The position numbers and the translations under genes were made by a program. From Octopus bimaculoides (lineage: Eukaryota), in assembly GCF_001194135.2 (NCBI RefSeq), contig NC_069000.1, positions 12,425,942 through 12,485,653 of the forward strand: DNA of 59,712 nt, written 5' to 3'. Positions 40,945-53,545 of the stretch are shown one piece after another; the first letter of the stretch is position 1; every line of letters begins with the position of its first letter. The notes below the pieces were generated by a model. The model ran no database searches. It had not been told where the DNA came from and saw only the letters and a program-made list of their open reading frames with translations.

Positions 40945-41100
40945 CAAACGTTAGGGTGTCGGACAAAATTCTTAGCGGAATTGATTCCAGTTTTAACGTT
41001 CTGCGTTCAAATCCTGCTGAGCTCAGTTTTGCCTTACATTCCTTCAGGGTCAATGGAATCGACTGCCCTCTCTGCCCTAAAATTGCTGGTTTTGAATCCT
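40945..41100 (+). mobile_element. Old SINE family A copy with internal deletion
   Basis: CGTTAGGGTGTCGGACAAAATTCTTAGCGG...GCGTTCAAATCC...TTTTGCCTTACATTCCTTCAGGGTC joins directly to AATGGAATCGACT. Confidence 0.75.
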
Positions 41101-41283
41101 GCAACGAAACGGCATCTCTTTCAAGAAGAATGTTATGATCTCGGTTACTCATGCACTAAGAAAATCGGACTATCGGCCCTATGAGTCTTAAAAAACAAAA
41201 AAATGACAAAGTGGATTTTTTCCAGATTTGAACACAGAGAAAGAGTAATGAAATAAATACAGTTTAACTGAGTGTGACTGGAT

Positions 41284-41386
41284 TTGAAAGTTTACCGGAC
41301 TCATTGTAACTAGAATTGAAAGTTTACCGGACTCATTGTAACTGGAATTGAAAGTTTATCGGACTGATTGTAACTGGAATTGAAAG
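41284..41386. repeat. 32-bp minisatellite, ~3.2 copies (TTGAAAGTTTACCGGACTCATTGTAACTRGAA)
   Basis: Units start at 41284, 41316, 41348 and 41380 (partial). Confidence 0.95.
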
Positions 41387-42001
41387 AGTCAACTATGCGA
41401 CATTTGTCACGATGAATCGAAATCAGCTGTTATATTAAGGCTACAACTATCTGTGGAGATTATCAGTTGTTTATGCTCTAATTGCATGCATAGGTAAATT
41501 TGGTGATTAAACAACGGAAATATGCATAGTAGTAGCAACCGACGGATGATATATCTAGACAACCTGAATGTGAAAATATTTCCTGGAAATCAAACGAGTA
41601 ACGAAACGTTTTAAATTACGAATAAATATTTTAGCCAACACTGTGTAATTTAAACTCAACTTCGAGAGTATCGAAACTAAAAACTTGGTCCTTAGCTATC
41701 TTAGCGACGCTCTATACGAACATACGTGTGTATGTGTGTGTGTTTGCGTGTGTTTGTCTAAGATGGTGGACCTCAGAATATATTCCTGACACATGCAATC
41801 TACAATAACACCATTAAACACTTCGTTATCGAAAGCACATAATGCTATCCACGTTTCTGCCTCTCCTTAGATCGGCGACAGTATTAATGTGTTCAGTAAA
41901 ATTATCACACCATCAGTAAAAGATGGTTTCTACTACCTTTCACTCCATCGTAAAAATCCACTAGATTAACATTTCAGCGTTTACTCGATAAAGTCGTGAC
42001 T

Positions 42002-42041
<40 letters not shown>

Positions 42042-42263
42042 TGTACGTATGGGAATATATATACAGGTGTGTGCGTGGACGTGTGGGCATTTGTAACCGT
42101 ATATGTGCTTGCGTGTGCATATGTGTGTGTGTGTGTGTGTGTGTGTGCGTGCGCGTATGTGTGTTTATTTCTACGTGTATGAATGCTTGTATACATATAT
42201 GTGCACACACATCTATATAGGCATGTATGTATACACATATATATGTATGAATACATATGTAAC

Positions 42264-42314
<51 letters not shown>

Positions 42315-43267
42315 NNNNNNNNNNNNNNNNNNNNNNNNNNNNNNNNNNNNNNNNNNNNNNNNNNNNNNNNNNNNNNNNNNNNNNNNNNNNNNNNNNNNNN
42401 NNNNNNNNNNNNNNNNNNNNNNNNNNNNNNNNNNNNNNNNNNNNNNNNNNNNNNNNNNNNNNNNNNNNNNNNNNNNNNNNNNNNNNNNNNNNNNNNNNNN
42501 NNNNNNNNNNNNNNNNNNNNNNNNNNNNNNNNNNNNNNNNNNNNNNNNNNNNNNNNNNNNNNNNNNNNNNNNNNNNNNNNNNNNNNNNNNNNNNNNNNNN
42601 NNNNNNNNNNNNNNNNNNNNNNNNNNNNNNNNNNNNNNNNNNNNNNNNNNNNNNNNNNNNNNNNNNNNNNNNNNNNNNNNNNNNNNNNNNNNNNNNNNNN
42701 NNNNNNNNNNNNNNNNNNNNNNNNNNNNNNNNNNNNNNNNNNNNNNNNNNNNNNNNNNNNNNNNNNNNNNNNNNNNNNNNNNNNNNNNNNNNNNNNNNNN
42801 NNNNNNNNNNNNNNNNNNNNNNNNNNNNNNNNNNNNNNNNNNNNNNNNNNNNNNNNNNNNNNNNNNNNNNNNNNNNNNNNNNNNNNNNNNNNNNNNNNNN
42901 NNNNNNNNNNNNNNNNNNNNNNNNNNNNNNNNNNNNNNNNNNNNNNNNNNNNNNNNNNNNNNNNNNNNNNNNNNNNNNNNNNNNNNNNNNNNNNNNNNNN
43001 NNNNNNNNNNNNNNNNNNNNNNNNNNNNNNNNNNNNNNNNNNNNNNNNNNNNNNNNNNNNNNNNNNNNNNNNNNNNNNNNNNNNNNNNNNNNNNNNNNNN
43101 NNNNNNNNNNNNNNNNNNNNNNNNNNNNNNNNNNNNNNNNNNNNNNNNNNNNNNNNNNNNNNNNNNNNNNNNNNNNNNNNNNNNNNNNNNNNNNNNNNNN
43201 NNNNNNNNNNNNNNNNNNNNNNNNNNNNNNNNNNNNNNNNNNNNNNNNNNNNNNNNNNNNNNNNNNN

Positions 43268-43305
<38 letters not shown>

Positions 43306-43309
<4 letters not shown>

Positions 43310-43508
43310 TGGCTGCTGAAAAGTTTCTGGCTTTAGGTAAAAGAAAATACAGGAGGATCGGTTAATTATGATTTTATTCAACATATTCCCCTTTTAAATT
43401 CACAAACTTATCTCAGCGGTCCTTCAGTTTTTGTGAGCCCTCTTAAAGAACTCGGGAGGTTGGGATTCCAGCCAGGCCTTTCTCTATACCCTTAAAGCCA
43501 CAAATTTT
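43306..43508 (+). mobile_element. Mariner-type MITE copy (right TIR eroded)
   Basis: CGAGTGGCTGCTGAAAAGTTTCTGGCTTT... with a body homologous to 57129-57346. Confidence 0.85.
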
Positions 43509-43530
43509 TAATATATTATATTCCCGTTTA

Positions 43531-43745
43531 AGACGGTGAGTTGCTAGAATCGTTAGCACGCCGGGTCAAATGCTTAGCGGCATGTCATCCGTCTTTACAC
43601 TTATGAGTTCAAATTTCGCTGGGATCTACTTTGCCTCTCATCCTTTCGGGGTCGATTAAAATACGTACCAGGTGAGCACTGGGGCCTTTGCAATTGACTT
43701 ACCCACTCTGCCGAATCTGATGGCTTTGTACCAAAATTTGAAACC
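43531..43745 (+). mobile_element. SINE family A
   Basis: AGACGGTGAGTTGCTAGAATCGTTAGCACGCCGGG...GAGTTCAAATTT...CTTTGCCTCTCATCCTTTCGGGGTCGATTAAAATACGTACCAG...CAAAATTTGAAACC. Confidence 0.9.
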
Positions 43746-44489
43746 AATCTTTTCTATTCCATTTTTTGACATTCTGTTAAACAACTTTTCAAAAAGTTTT
43801 AAATCATCATTATTTTACTAAATATGGCACACAGTACACTATTTTAGATGACAAATCTTCACTGAAGTGAAGAGATATGGCTCTACTTCTTTGTTGAACA
43901 CGTTCTGTTCTTCTGATTGTTTAACACCGGGCTAACAATGACTGAACAAACCTATAATCAAAAACATAACAGTTGTGGGACTGGAACCCACATCCAGTTT
44001 AAACATGATATATATGATTGGATATGGATTGCGAAGAGATTTAAGTTTCCCTGACGAAAGACCTCTAACATCCTCTCATAGAAACAGATTTATTACTAGC
44101 ACAGTGTATATACCGAGAAATTACTGTGTCAAAGTAGCGAAGTAATAATGATCTTTCCGTCGATAAGGGATATGTTATATTGCCTAAACTTTTAGTCTAT
44201 TATGAGATTTAGGCAAGTATTTTGCTCACGTATCTACCGTTATATAACTCTTATGTGTATGTGTCATCACAGAGAGAACGATCGATAAGCAAAAGTTGTA
44301 AGTTGTGTCCCTTGATAGATACACTGATAGAGGAGAAAATATTCTTAGTTAAATCAAAGTTAGATACGTTCATAGATAAAACGAATAGAGAGAATGAAAC
44401 GACTGTTTGATAAGAAACCATTAGGTGCTACGCTTAATAGATTGACAGATTACATAGAAATGTGCCGGATAATGATAAAAACATATACA

Positions 44490-44630
44490 TCGTTGGAAGA
44501 ATGGCTAGAATGCCGCGCAGACGACGTTGTTGCTTTCAAGTGCAGACTTTTATATACTGAGTTCAAATCTCGCTCGCTGCCGACTTCGTCTTTCATCCTT
44601 CTGATCTCAATGAAATTTAGTCTAATTCGA
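44490..44630 (+). mobile_element. Old SINE family A remnant
   Basis: CTGAGTTCAAATCTCG...CCGACTTCGTCTTTCATCCTT. Confidence 0.55.
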
Positions 44631-44867
44631 ATATATAATAAACAGTTTTCATATATTATTTTCTTAAGGACTTCAAGAGTATTTTCAATTTCCTTTCTTT
44701 TCTATATACATTTGCTGAAGCGGAAAAACTTATTCCCTTGCGTATATATGAGTGCACACATGTGTTTGTATATGTAAACATATAAATGCATGCATTTATG
44801 TATGTACTTATACATACATACATACATACACATACACATACATACATACATACATACATACATACAC

Positions 44868-44904
<37 letters not shown>

Positions 44905-45534
44905 NNNNNNNNNNNNNNNNNNNNNNNNNNNNNNNNNNNNNNNNNNNNNNNNNNNNNNNNNNNNNNNNNNNNNNNNNNNNNNNNNNNNNNNNNNNNNNNN
45001 NNNNNNNNNNNNNNNNNNNNNNNNNNNNNNNNNNNNNNNNNNNNNNNNNNNNNNNNNNNNNNNNNNNNNNNNNNNNNNNNNNNNNNNNNNNNNNNNNNNN
45101 NNNNNNNNNNNNNNNNNNNNNNNNNNNNNNNNNNNNNNNNNNNNNNNNNNNNNNNNNNNNNNNNNNNNNNNNNNNNNNNNNNNNNNNNNNNNNNNNNNNN
45201 NNNNNNNNNNNNNNNNNNNNNNNNNNNNNNNNNNNNNNNNNNNNNNNNNNNNNNNNNNNNNNNNNNNNNNNNNNNNNNNNNNNNNNNNNNNNNNNNNNNN
45301 NNNNNNNNNNNNNNNNNNNNNNNNNNNNNNNNNNNNNNNNNNNNNNNNNNNNNNNNNNNNNNNNNNNNNNNNNNNNNNNNNNNNNNNNNNNNNNNNNNNN
45401 NNNNNNNNNNNNNNNNNNNNNNNNNNNNNNNNNNNNNNNNNNNNNNNNNNNNNNNNNNNNNNNNNNNNNNNNNNNNNNNNNNNNNNNNNNNNNNNNNNNN
45501 NNNNNNNNNNNNNNNNNNNNNNNNNNNNNNNNNN

Positions 45535-45585
<51 letters not shown>

Positions 45586-45588
45586 TAT

Positions 45589-45723
45589 ACGATGGGCTTG
45601 TTTTAGTTTTTGTCTACCAAATCCACTCACAAAGCTTTGGTCGGCCCGACGCTACAGAAGACACCTGCCCAAGGTGCTACGCAGTAGCACTGAACTCGGA
45701 ACCATGTGGCTGGCAAGCGAGCT
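45589..45723 (-). mobile_element. SINE family B 5' half (remainder probably in the gap or microsatellite)
   Basis: GTCTACCAAATCCACTCACAAAGCTTTGGTCGGCCCG...CACCTGCCCAAGGTGC...GGAACCATGTGG. Confidence 0.88.
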
Positions 45724-45729
45724 ATGCAA

Positions 45730-45760
<31 letters not shown>

Positions 45761-46136
45761 TGCGCTTGTGTGTGAGTGTATGTACATGTATGAATATGCA
45801 TGAACGCATGAGTGTGTCTTTGTAAGTCACTCTCCTTTTCTCTCTATTTTTCCATTCGTTTCTCTTTCTCTCTGTCTTTGTCTGTCTGTCTCTCGCTCTC
45901 CCTCTCTCGCCCACTATTTCTATATACCTCTCAACCCATTTTATTTCTTTTCTCTCCGACTATTATTTTCCAGTCGTTTTTAATAAACCTCAGCATATTA
46001 AATTTGATGCAAGTATTCTGTTGAGAATACTGCTTTAAGATAATATATTTTCACCATGTTTTTCTATTCATTTCCCAATTGTTTTTGCTTTCTATGTTTT
46101 ACATGCAATATCCAAATATTGCATGTAAAACACACA

Positions 46137-46692
46137 ATCGTTACTGTTCCGGAACAAAATGCTTAGCGGTATTTCGGCCGCTTTTGCGTAATGATTTCAA
46201 ATACTGCCGATAGCTACATTGTTTTTCATCCTTTCGGCGTCGATAAAATGCGTACCAATAGAACATTCGGGTCGATATGATCGACTTATGCCACTCCCTT
46301 CAAAGTTGCTGGCCTTGTGACAAAATTTTGCTTCAATATTTGGACATGAAAAGTCAGTAAACTCGCAAAATCGTTACTGTTCGTGGAAAATTGCTTAGAG
46401 ACATTTCGTCAGTTTTTACGTACTGAAACCAAATACTGCCAAGGTTGACTTAGCCTTTCATATTTTCGGGATTCAATACAATAAGTTGAGCATTGGGTTC
46501 GACTCTCTCCCAACGGAAAAAAAAATAATAATCGACACCCTCTTCCACAGAAAAATCGACTCAGTCCCCGCCGAAAAAATAATCCACTCCCTCCCCCGCC
46601 GAAAAATTGACTCCCTGCCGAAAAAAAATCGACTCCCTCTCCGCCGATACCGACATCCTCCCTGGTGAAAAAAGTATATTGCTGGCCTTGTT
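46137..46692 (+). mobile_element. Tandem pair of old SINE family A copies; the second contains a minisatellite expansion (46499-46675)
   Basis: Both start AATCGTTACTGTTC and carry family A body words and a GCTGGCCTTG tail. Confidence 0.8.
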
Positions 46693-46699
46693 CATATAT

Positions 46700-47896
46700 C
46701 TTTTTATGCTTTACCTGTTTCAATCATTAGACTGCGGCCATGCTGGGACACCGCCTTGAATTTTTAGTCGAATGAATCGACCCCAGTACTTATTTTTTTA
46801 AGCCTGGAACTTACCTTNNNNNNNNNNNNNNNNNNNNNNNNNNNNNNNNNNNNNNNNNNNNNNNNNNNNNNNNNNNNNNNNNNNNNNNNNNNNNNNNNNN
46901 NNNNNNNNNNNNNNNNNNNNNNNNNNNNNNNNNNNNNNNNNNNNNNNNNNNNNNNNNNNNNNNNNNNNNNNNNNNNNNNNNNNNNNNNNNNNNNNNNNNN
47001 NNNNNNNNNNNNNNNNNNNNNNNNNNNNNNNNNNNNNNNNNNNNNNNNNNNNNNNNNNNNNNNNNNNNNNNNNNNNNNNNNNNNNNNNNNNNNNNNNNNN
47101 NNNNNNNNNNNNNNNNNNNNNNNNNNNNNNNNNNNNNNNNNNNNNNNNNNNNNNNNNNNNNNNNNNNNNNNNNNNNNNNNNNNNNNNNNNNNNNNNNNNN
47201 NNNNNNNNNNNNNNNNNNNNNNNNNNNNNNNNNNNNNNNNNNNNNNNNNNNNNNNNNNNNNNNNNNNNNNNNNNNNNNNNNNNNNNNNNNNNNNNNNNNN
47301 NNNNNNNNNNNNNNNNNNNNNNNNNNNNNNNNNNNNNNNNNNNNNNNNNNNNNNNNNNNNNNNNNNNNNNNNNNNNNNNNNNNNNNNNNNNNNNNNNNNN
47401 NNNNNNNNNNAGTACTTAATCTATCGATCTCTTTTGCCGAACCGCTAAGTTACGGGGACATAAACACGCCAGCATCGGTTGTCAAGCGATGTTGGGGGGA
47501 CAAACACACACATACAAGCATACACACACACATACATATATATACATATATACATATATACGACGGGCTTCTTTCAGTTTCCGTCTACCAAATCCACTCA
47601 CAAGGCTTTGGTCGGCCCGAGGCTATAGTAGAAGACACTTGCCCAAGATGCCGCGCAGTGGGACTGAACCCGGGACCAAGTGGTTGGTAAGCTAGCTACT
47701 TACCACACAGCCACTCCTATGCACACACACACACGACGGGCATTTTTTCAGTCTCTGTCTACCAAATCCACTGGCAAGCCGTTGGTCGTCCCGAGGCTAT
47801 AACAGAAGACACTTGCCCAAGACGCTAAGCAGTGCGAACTGAGTCCGGAACCACGTTGTTGGGAAGCAAGTTTCTTAACTCACAGCAACTCTTGCG
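46700..47896 (-). mobile_element. Nested/tandem SINE family B copies across a gap (3' end 46700-46817; 47411-47722; older 5' half 47733-47896)
   Basis: Each piece aligns in reverse to the full copy at 25330-25722. Confidence 0.85.
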
Positions 47897-49106
47897 GCTA
47901 TAAAAAGGATTATTTCGTTATACATATCTTTATTCACTTTACTCCTCACTTTCCCACTCATTTTCCTATTTCTCTGCTGGTCTCTATTTATTTTCGTCTA
48001 TTTATCTTCCTATTCCCTGTATAATACTCCTTGTATCACTGATCTAGTTTACGTCATTCTATCACTCACTGCATCAGTCTGTATTTTAAATCCATTATAT
48101 ATTCTTTGCATATTTGTCGGTTTGGTCGTCATGTGTGTCTCTTTTGTTTCTTCTCTGAGTTTCTCCATCAAACATTATACCTCTCTCTTTCCCTCCTCCT
48201 ATATTCTCCATTTATCTGTAGTCAATGTTCCCCCCTCTTTCCCACCGCCCATCTCTCTGTCTCGCTAACTGTGTCTCTCTCTACCTCTCTCTACAATTCA
48301 CGATGCGTGTCTGCTGCTCTCTCCTTCTGTTTTTTCACTCTCTTGTCTCTCTGTTTAATCAATAGGTTTTTCACAATTGCTCGCTGCAATTGAATGGAAC
48401 AAAATAAATGAAACATTGGTAAAATGAATACGAAAACTGCAAATGTACATTATAAAGTTTATTTAAAGGTAGCAGCTTCTATAAATCAACGGTGAGAACA
48501 CAATGGTTGGGCCAAGACAGAATTACTTACTTGGCAATAATAGAAATAAAAAAAAAACAACAGCAATAACAACAATAAAAACAACAACGACAAGCAATAA
48601 GCAAGGCATTATAACAACAACAGCTGTAGCAAAACTAATGAAAAACTGCAACAAAATAAATAAGCTCCAAAAAATAAATCAAGAAAAAAAAAACAGGAAA
48701 TGACTCAGAAACAGTAATATTTTTACTTTTTCCATTCTCTGTATTTTCGCAACTGTTGCAAAGCAAAGAGTAAACTTGTAATTGCAGAAAATAAAATAAA
48801 ATAAAATAACCTTTTGCTCTTGCAATAACAACAAGAATATAATAACCGATTTCATCCATTAGCTCGCGACCGACAATTTTCCATGATGTTTTCTCATTTG
48901 TGTGTGTTTGGTGGTGGTGGTCGTGACCGCGGTAGTTGCTGGAGTGTATAGTCGATTAAATCAACATCAGTAATTGACTGGTTCTTATATCGTAGAGCCC
49001 AGAAGGTTGGAGTGGGAGAAGTAAAATGCACATTTGCAGGATTTGAACTCAGAAATAAATAAAGACAAAGTATTTTATCCTTTTTTTACCTTTTCTTTTT
49101 AATCGT

Positions 49107-49838
49107 TAGCTTGTTTCAGTCACTGAACTGTGGGCTTGCCGTGGCATCACCTTNNNNNNNNNNNNNNNNNNNNNNNNNNNNNNNNNNNNNNNNNNNNNNN
49201 NNNNNNNNNNNNNNNNNNNNNNNNNNNNNNNNNNNNNNNNNNNNNNNNNNNNNNNNNNNNNNNNNNNNNNNNNNNNNNNNNNNNNNNNNNNNNNNNNNNN
49301 NNNNNNNNNNNNNNNNNNNNNNNNNNNNNNNNNNNNNNNNNNNNNNNNNNNNNNNNNNNNNNNNNNNNNNNNNNNNNNNNNNNNNNNNNNNNNNNNNNNN
49401 NNNNNNNNNNNNNNNNNNNNNNNNNNNNNNNNNNNNNNNNNNNNNNNNNNNNNNNNNNNNNNNNNNNNNNNNNNNNNNNNNNNNNNNNNNNNNNNNNNNN
49501 NNNNNNNNNNNNNNNNNNNNNNNNNNNNNNNNNNNNNNNNNNNNNNNNNNNNNNNNNNNNNNNNNNNNNNNNNNNNNNNNNNNNNNNNNNNNNNNNNNNN
49601 NNNNNNNNNNNNNNNNNNNNNNNNNNNNNNNNNNNNNNNNNNNNNNNNNNNNNNNNNNNNNNNNNNNNTATATATATATAACAAGGTATTCTACACGGTT
49701 TCCGTATAACAAATTCACTCAGAAGTTGGTGTACGTCCCACGACTAAAGTAGAAGTCACTTATCCGAAATGCCGTACAGAGGGACTGTACCTGAAATCAC
49801 GGGTTTTAAAGCTTATTAACCACATAGGCCACGCATGC
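49107..49838 (-). mobile_element. Old SINE family B copy interrupted by a gap
   Basis: Tail words (CTTGTTTCAGTCACTGAACTGTGG) lie left of the gap and head-half words (GGTTTCCGTATAACAAATTCACTC...AGTAGAAGTCACTTATCCG) lie right of it. Confidence 0.65.
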
Positions 49839-50589
49839 TTATATAATACAACATACATGCATACTTTCATATTAAACACTTATACACACACACACACACA
49901 CACACATGAGAAAATCAGCTCCATGCTGCATAATATGATTGCGCATCATGTCGCTTATCTCGTTTGCATGTAATTCTTTTTTTAGCTTGTAAAATTTGAA
50001 AGTGTTCAGAATTTATGTCTGATAAAATTGTTAAAGAAACGGAATTTTACATTGCAAGATTAGCATTTAGGCATGAAATGTATTGCATTACTAGTTCCTT
50101 ATGTTTTACATAAGTGCTCCTGTCAGAAATTTAAGCGTTTACATTGATAAATATTTAGGTGTCATCCTGCTTATCTCATTAATTAACACATGAAACCAAA
50201 GAAGTTGAGGTTGCGCAATTAGCTGCAAGGAATTGGAATGTATTTTCCATTCCAGCAAGGGTAATTATTTTGCACCATGTTTGTATGTATGTATGTATAT
50301 GTGCAGGTTTGTATGTTTTGTTTTAAGTATGCCTTCTCATGCAGATTCTTGCATATCTAGACATACCCATATATACTTAAATGATAAACCTCTGGAAAGT
50401 TTTAGAGATTTTTACAGTTCCGTGATGGATTGGATTTTTAGTCTTCGAATCAGCCTTCTCCTTTCTGGTTTTAAGTAGCCTAATTTCTCAAGATTGGTAT
50501 TTAGTCAGTTTGTTACATATCCTACTGCCCCAATAATTACTGCTATAAACCTGAACTTATAATCTGAACTTGTAATATGTAAGTATTGT

Positions 50590-51426
50590 ATGCCTGCATG
50601 TATGTAAGCTGTGTATTGCTACTATTATTGTCTTTGACAAAGCACATAACTGTAAATGATGATGATTCAGGCTATATAGCCAAATTCAAGGCAGCATCTG
50701 TTAATGACTTCAGCAAATGTGTAGCTGACATGAAAAGTATTGAAATATTACAGATTGCAACAGCACTTGATCCATGATATAAGAACTTGAAGTGTTTATC
50801 AGACGATTCAAAAGTGCAAACTTAGTTACTTATTGGACAACAAATAGCAGTTGATGTTAATGATGATCGGTTGAAGACTAATGCAAAAGATGATACTAAC
50901 AGTGTCAATAAAACTATATGCGAACTTAATGAAAAACGTATTAAGCTCATGGATTCTGACTCAGAATTAGAAGAGGGTGTCGAAAACGTTTCTGATGAAG
51001 TACAGTGATATAAAATGGAGAAAAAAGTTGCTGAATCAGTCGATCCACTACAATGGTGGAAACTTAATGAAAATCGATATCCGAAATTGGCATTTTTTGA
51101 CAACACTGTTCGGTGTACACCAGCTACCTCGGTTCCGTGTGAACGATTATTTAGCACTGCTGGTTACACTGTTAACACGACGCGCTCATCACTTGAACCA
51201 AATACAGTTAACATGCTTATGTGTTTGCGTAACTGGTTATCCAACAACATTTGAGTGAGGAAACTCCTATGGTAATGTTTTTTAACTGAATTTTAACTGA
51301 AATATCATAAAATTGTCAATAAATGCAACCGTAGACATTTTTGTGTTTAACCGAAATTAACTATTAATTAATCGTTAATTTCTCAAAAGTTAATTATTAA
51401 AATTAAATTAATCATTACCACGCCTA
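50590..51426 (+). mobile_element. 3' remnant of a hAT (Ac/ZBED1-like) DNA transposon: transposase pseudogene with C-terminal dimerization domain and probable right terminus
   Basis: One frame from 50586 to 51254 reads ...SLTKHITVNDDDSGYIAKFKAASVNDFSK...ATALDP*YKNLKCLS...DPLQWWKLNENRYPKLA...TPATSVPCERLFSTAGYTVNTTRSSLEPNTVNMLMCLRNWL. This carries the LDPR, WW, P-ATS-CER-FS-AG and R--L motifs of the hAT dimerization domain. Three in-frame stops (50775, 50823, 51006). TTAA-rich subterminal DNA ends ...ATTACCACGCCTA (reverse TAGGCGTGG). Confidence 0.92.
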
Positions 51427-51519
51427 ATATATATATATATTAAAAGTCATGGTACAATATATATATATAAATATATTTCAAAATCCGTGTACTATTATGA
51501 CAACTTACTGATTGTCCTA

Positions 51520-51565
<46 letters not shown>

Positions 51566-52165
51566 NNNNNNNNNNNNNNNNNNNNNNNNNNNNNNNNNNN
51601 NNNNNNNNNNNNNNNNNNNNNNNNNNNNNNNNNNNNNNNNNNNNNNNNNNNNNNNNNNNNNNNNNNNNNNNNNNNNNNNNNNNNNNNNNNNNNNNNNNNN
51701 NNNNNNNNNNNNNNNNNNNNNNNNNNNNNNNNNNNNNNNNNNNNNNNNNNNNNNNNNNNNNNNNNNNNNNNNNNNNNNNNNNNNNNNNNNNNNNNNNNNN
51801 NNNNNNNNNNNNNNNNNNNNNNNNNNNNNNNNNNNNNNNNNNNNNNNNNNNNNNNNNNNNNNNNNNNNNNNNNNNNNNNNNNNNNNNNNNNNNNNNNNNN
51901 NNNNNNNNNNNNNNNNNNNNNNNNNNNNNNNNNNNNNNNNNNNNNNNNNNNNNNNNNNNNNNNNNNNNNNNNNNNNNNNNNNNNNNNNNNNNNNNNNNNN
52001 NNNNNNNNNNNNNNNNNNNNNNNNNNNNNNNNNNNNNNNNNNNNNNNNNNNNNNNNNNNNNNNNNNNNNNNNNNNNNNNNNNNNNNNNNNNNNNNNNNNN
52101 NNNNNNNNNNNNNNNNNNNNNNNNNNNNNNNNNNNNNNNNNNNNNNNNNNNNNNNNNNNNNNNNN

Positions 52166-52237
<72 letters not shown>

Positions 52238-52684
52238 ATATATGTATATACATATATATGTGTATGTATGTATATGTATATAATCATACACACAAACATA
52301 TACACGCACACACGCACACACGCACACACGCATACACACATACATGCATACATTCATGCATGCTTATATACATACATGTACGGTATGAGAAGAGAAGGGC
52401 GAAGACTGGAAAAAGAAACAGCTTAAATTTTTATATATTTCTCACATTTTTTCACTTCAGTCGACAGATTTAGTGCCTTTACACTACATTTAAAGACGTT
52501 CTGAAGTTCTTAAATGCATTCAAAGAGCTATCATATCACCATTAGCTCCGCTCTACGCTCTTCAAGCGGGATGTCCAAAATCATTTAAGCATTCCAAGAC
52601 TTTGCTCATTTCTTTTATATGTTTACGTACGATGGGAGTTCTGTATGAATGCAATTTTAATCGTTGCAAAGTTAAATTGACACC

Positions 52685-52716
52685 GCTGCTGACTACTAAC
52701 ACTACTAACACTACGG

Positions 52717-52757
<41 letters not shown>

Positions 52758-52903
52758 GCCATCACCGCCACCACCTTGAGCACCGCCACCGACAACACCA
52801 CAATAACCACCACCACCACCATCAACATCACAACTACTACTACTACCACTAGTGCTTCTGCTGCTGCTGCTACTGATGCTGCTGCTACTGCTGCTGCTGC
52901 TAG

Positions 52904-52993
<90 letters not shown>

Positions 52994-52995
52994 CT
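52685..52995. repeat. Trinucleotide mosaic (ACT)n/(ACC)n/(GCT)n/(ACA)n/(CTA)n
   Basis: Direct reading. Confidence 0.95.
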
Positions 52996-53195
52996 GCTGC
53001 TATTTTTGATGTTTTGGTACCATATATTATTTTGAAAAGAAACATGATTCCAGTGCATTGCAGTTTCCTATCAGTTCTTTATTTCGCTACACATGTTTTC
53101 AATGAATTCTAATTACAAAAATTGTTACAGAAGAATTAAATGATGCAATTTACTCGCAAATATATTTCTAATATTTAGAGATTAAGAATTTTTGC

Positions 53196-53228
<33 letters not shown>

Positions 53229-53545
53229 GGAGTTCGAATTCCGCCGAGATCGACTTTGCCTTTCATCCTCTCAGGGTCGATAAAGTAAGTATCAGTTACG
53301 CACTGGGGTCGCTGTAATCGACTTAATCCCTTCCCCCAAATTTGAGGCTTTGCGCCTCCAGTAAAAATGATTATCATTATGAAGGAGTTCAAATTCCACC
53401 GAGGTCGACTTTGCCTTTCATCCTTTCGGGGTCGATTAAACAAGTACCAGTTGTGCATTGGGATCGATATAATCGACTTAATCCGTTTGTCTGTCCTTGT
53501 TTGTCTCCTCTGTGTGTAGCCCCTTGTGGGCAGTAAAGAAATAAG
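53229..53545 (+). mobile_element. Tandem pair of 5'-truncated SINE family A copies (53229-53375 and 53384-53545) with different tails
   Basis: Both start GGAGTTC(G/A)AATTCC. The first ends ...CCCCAAATTTGAGGC...; the second ends ...GTTTGTCTGTCCTTG...GTGGGCAGTAAAGAAATAAG. Confidence 0.92.

Noticed and set aside
41284-41386. Possible CRISPR-like array (32-bp repeats); same idea for 46499-46675 and 57005-57073
   Set aside because: Units are head-to-tail with no unique spacers, no cas genes are present, and the context is eukaryotic.
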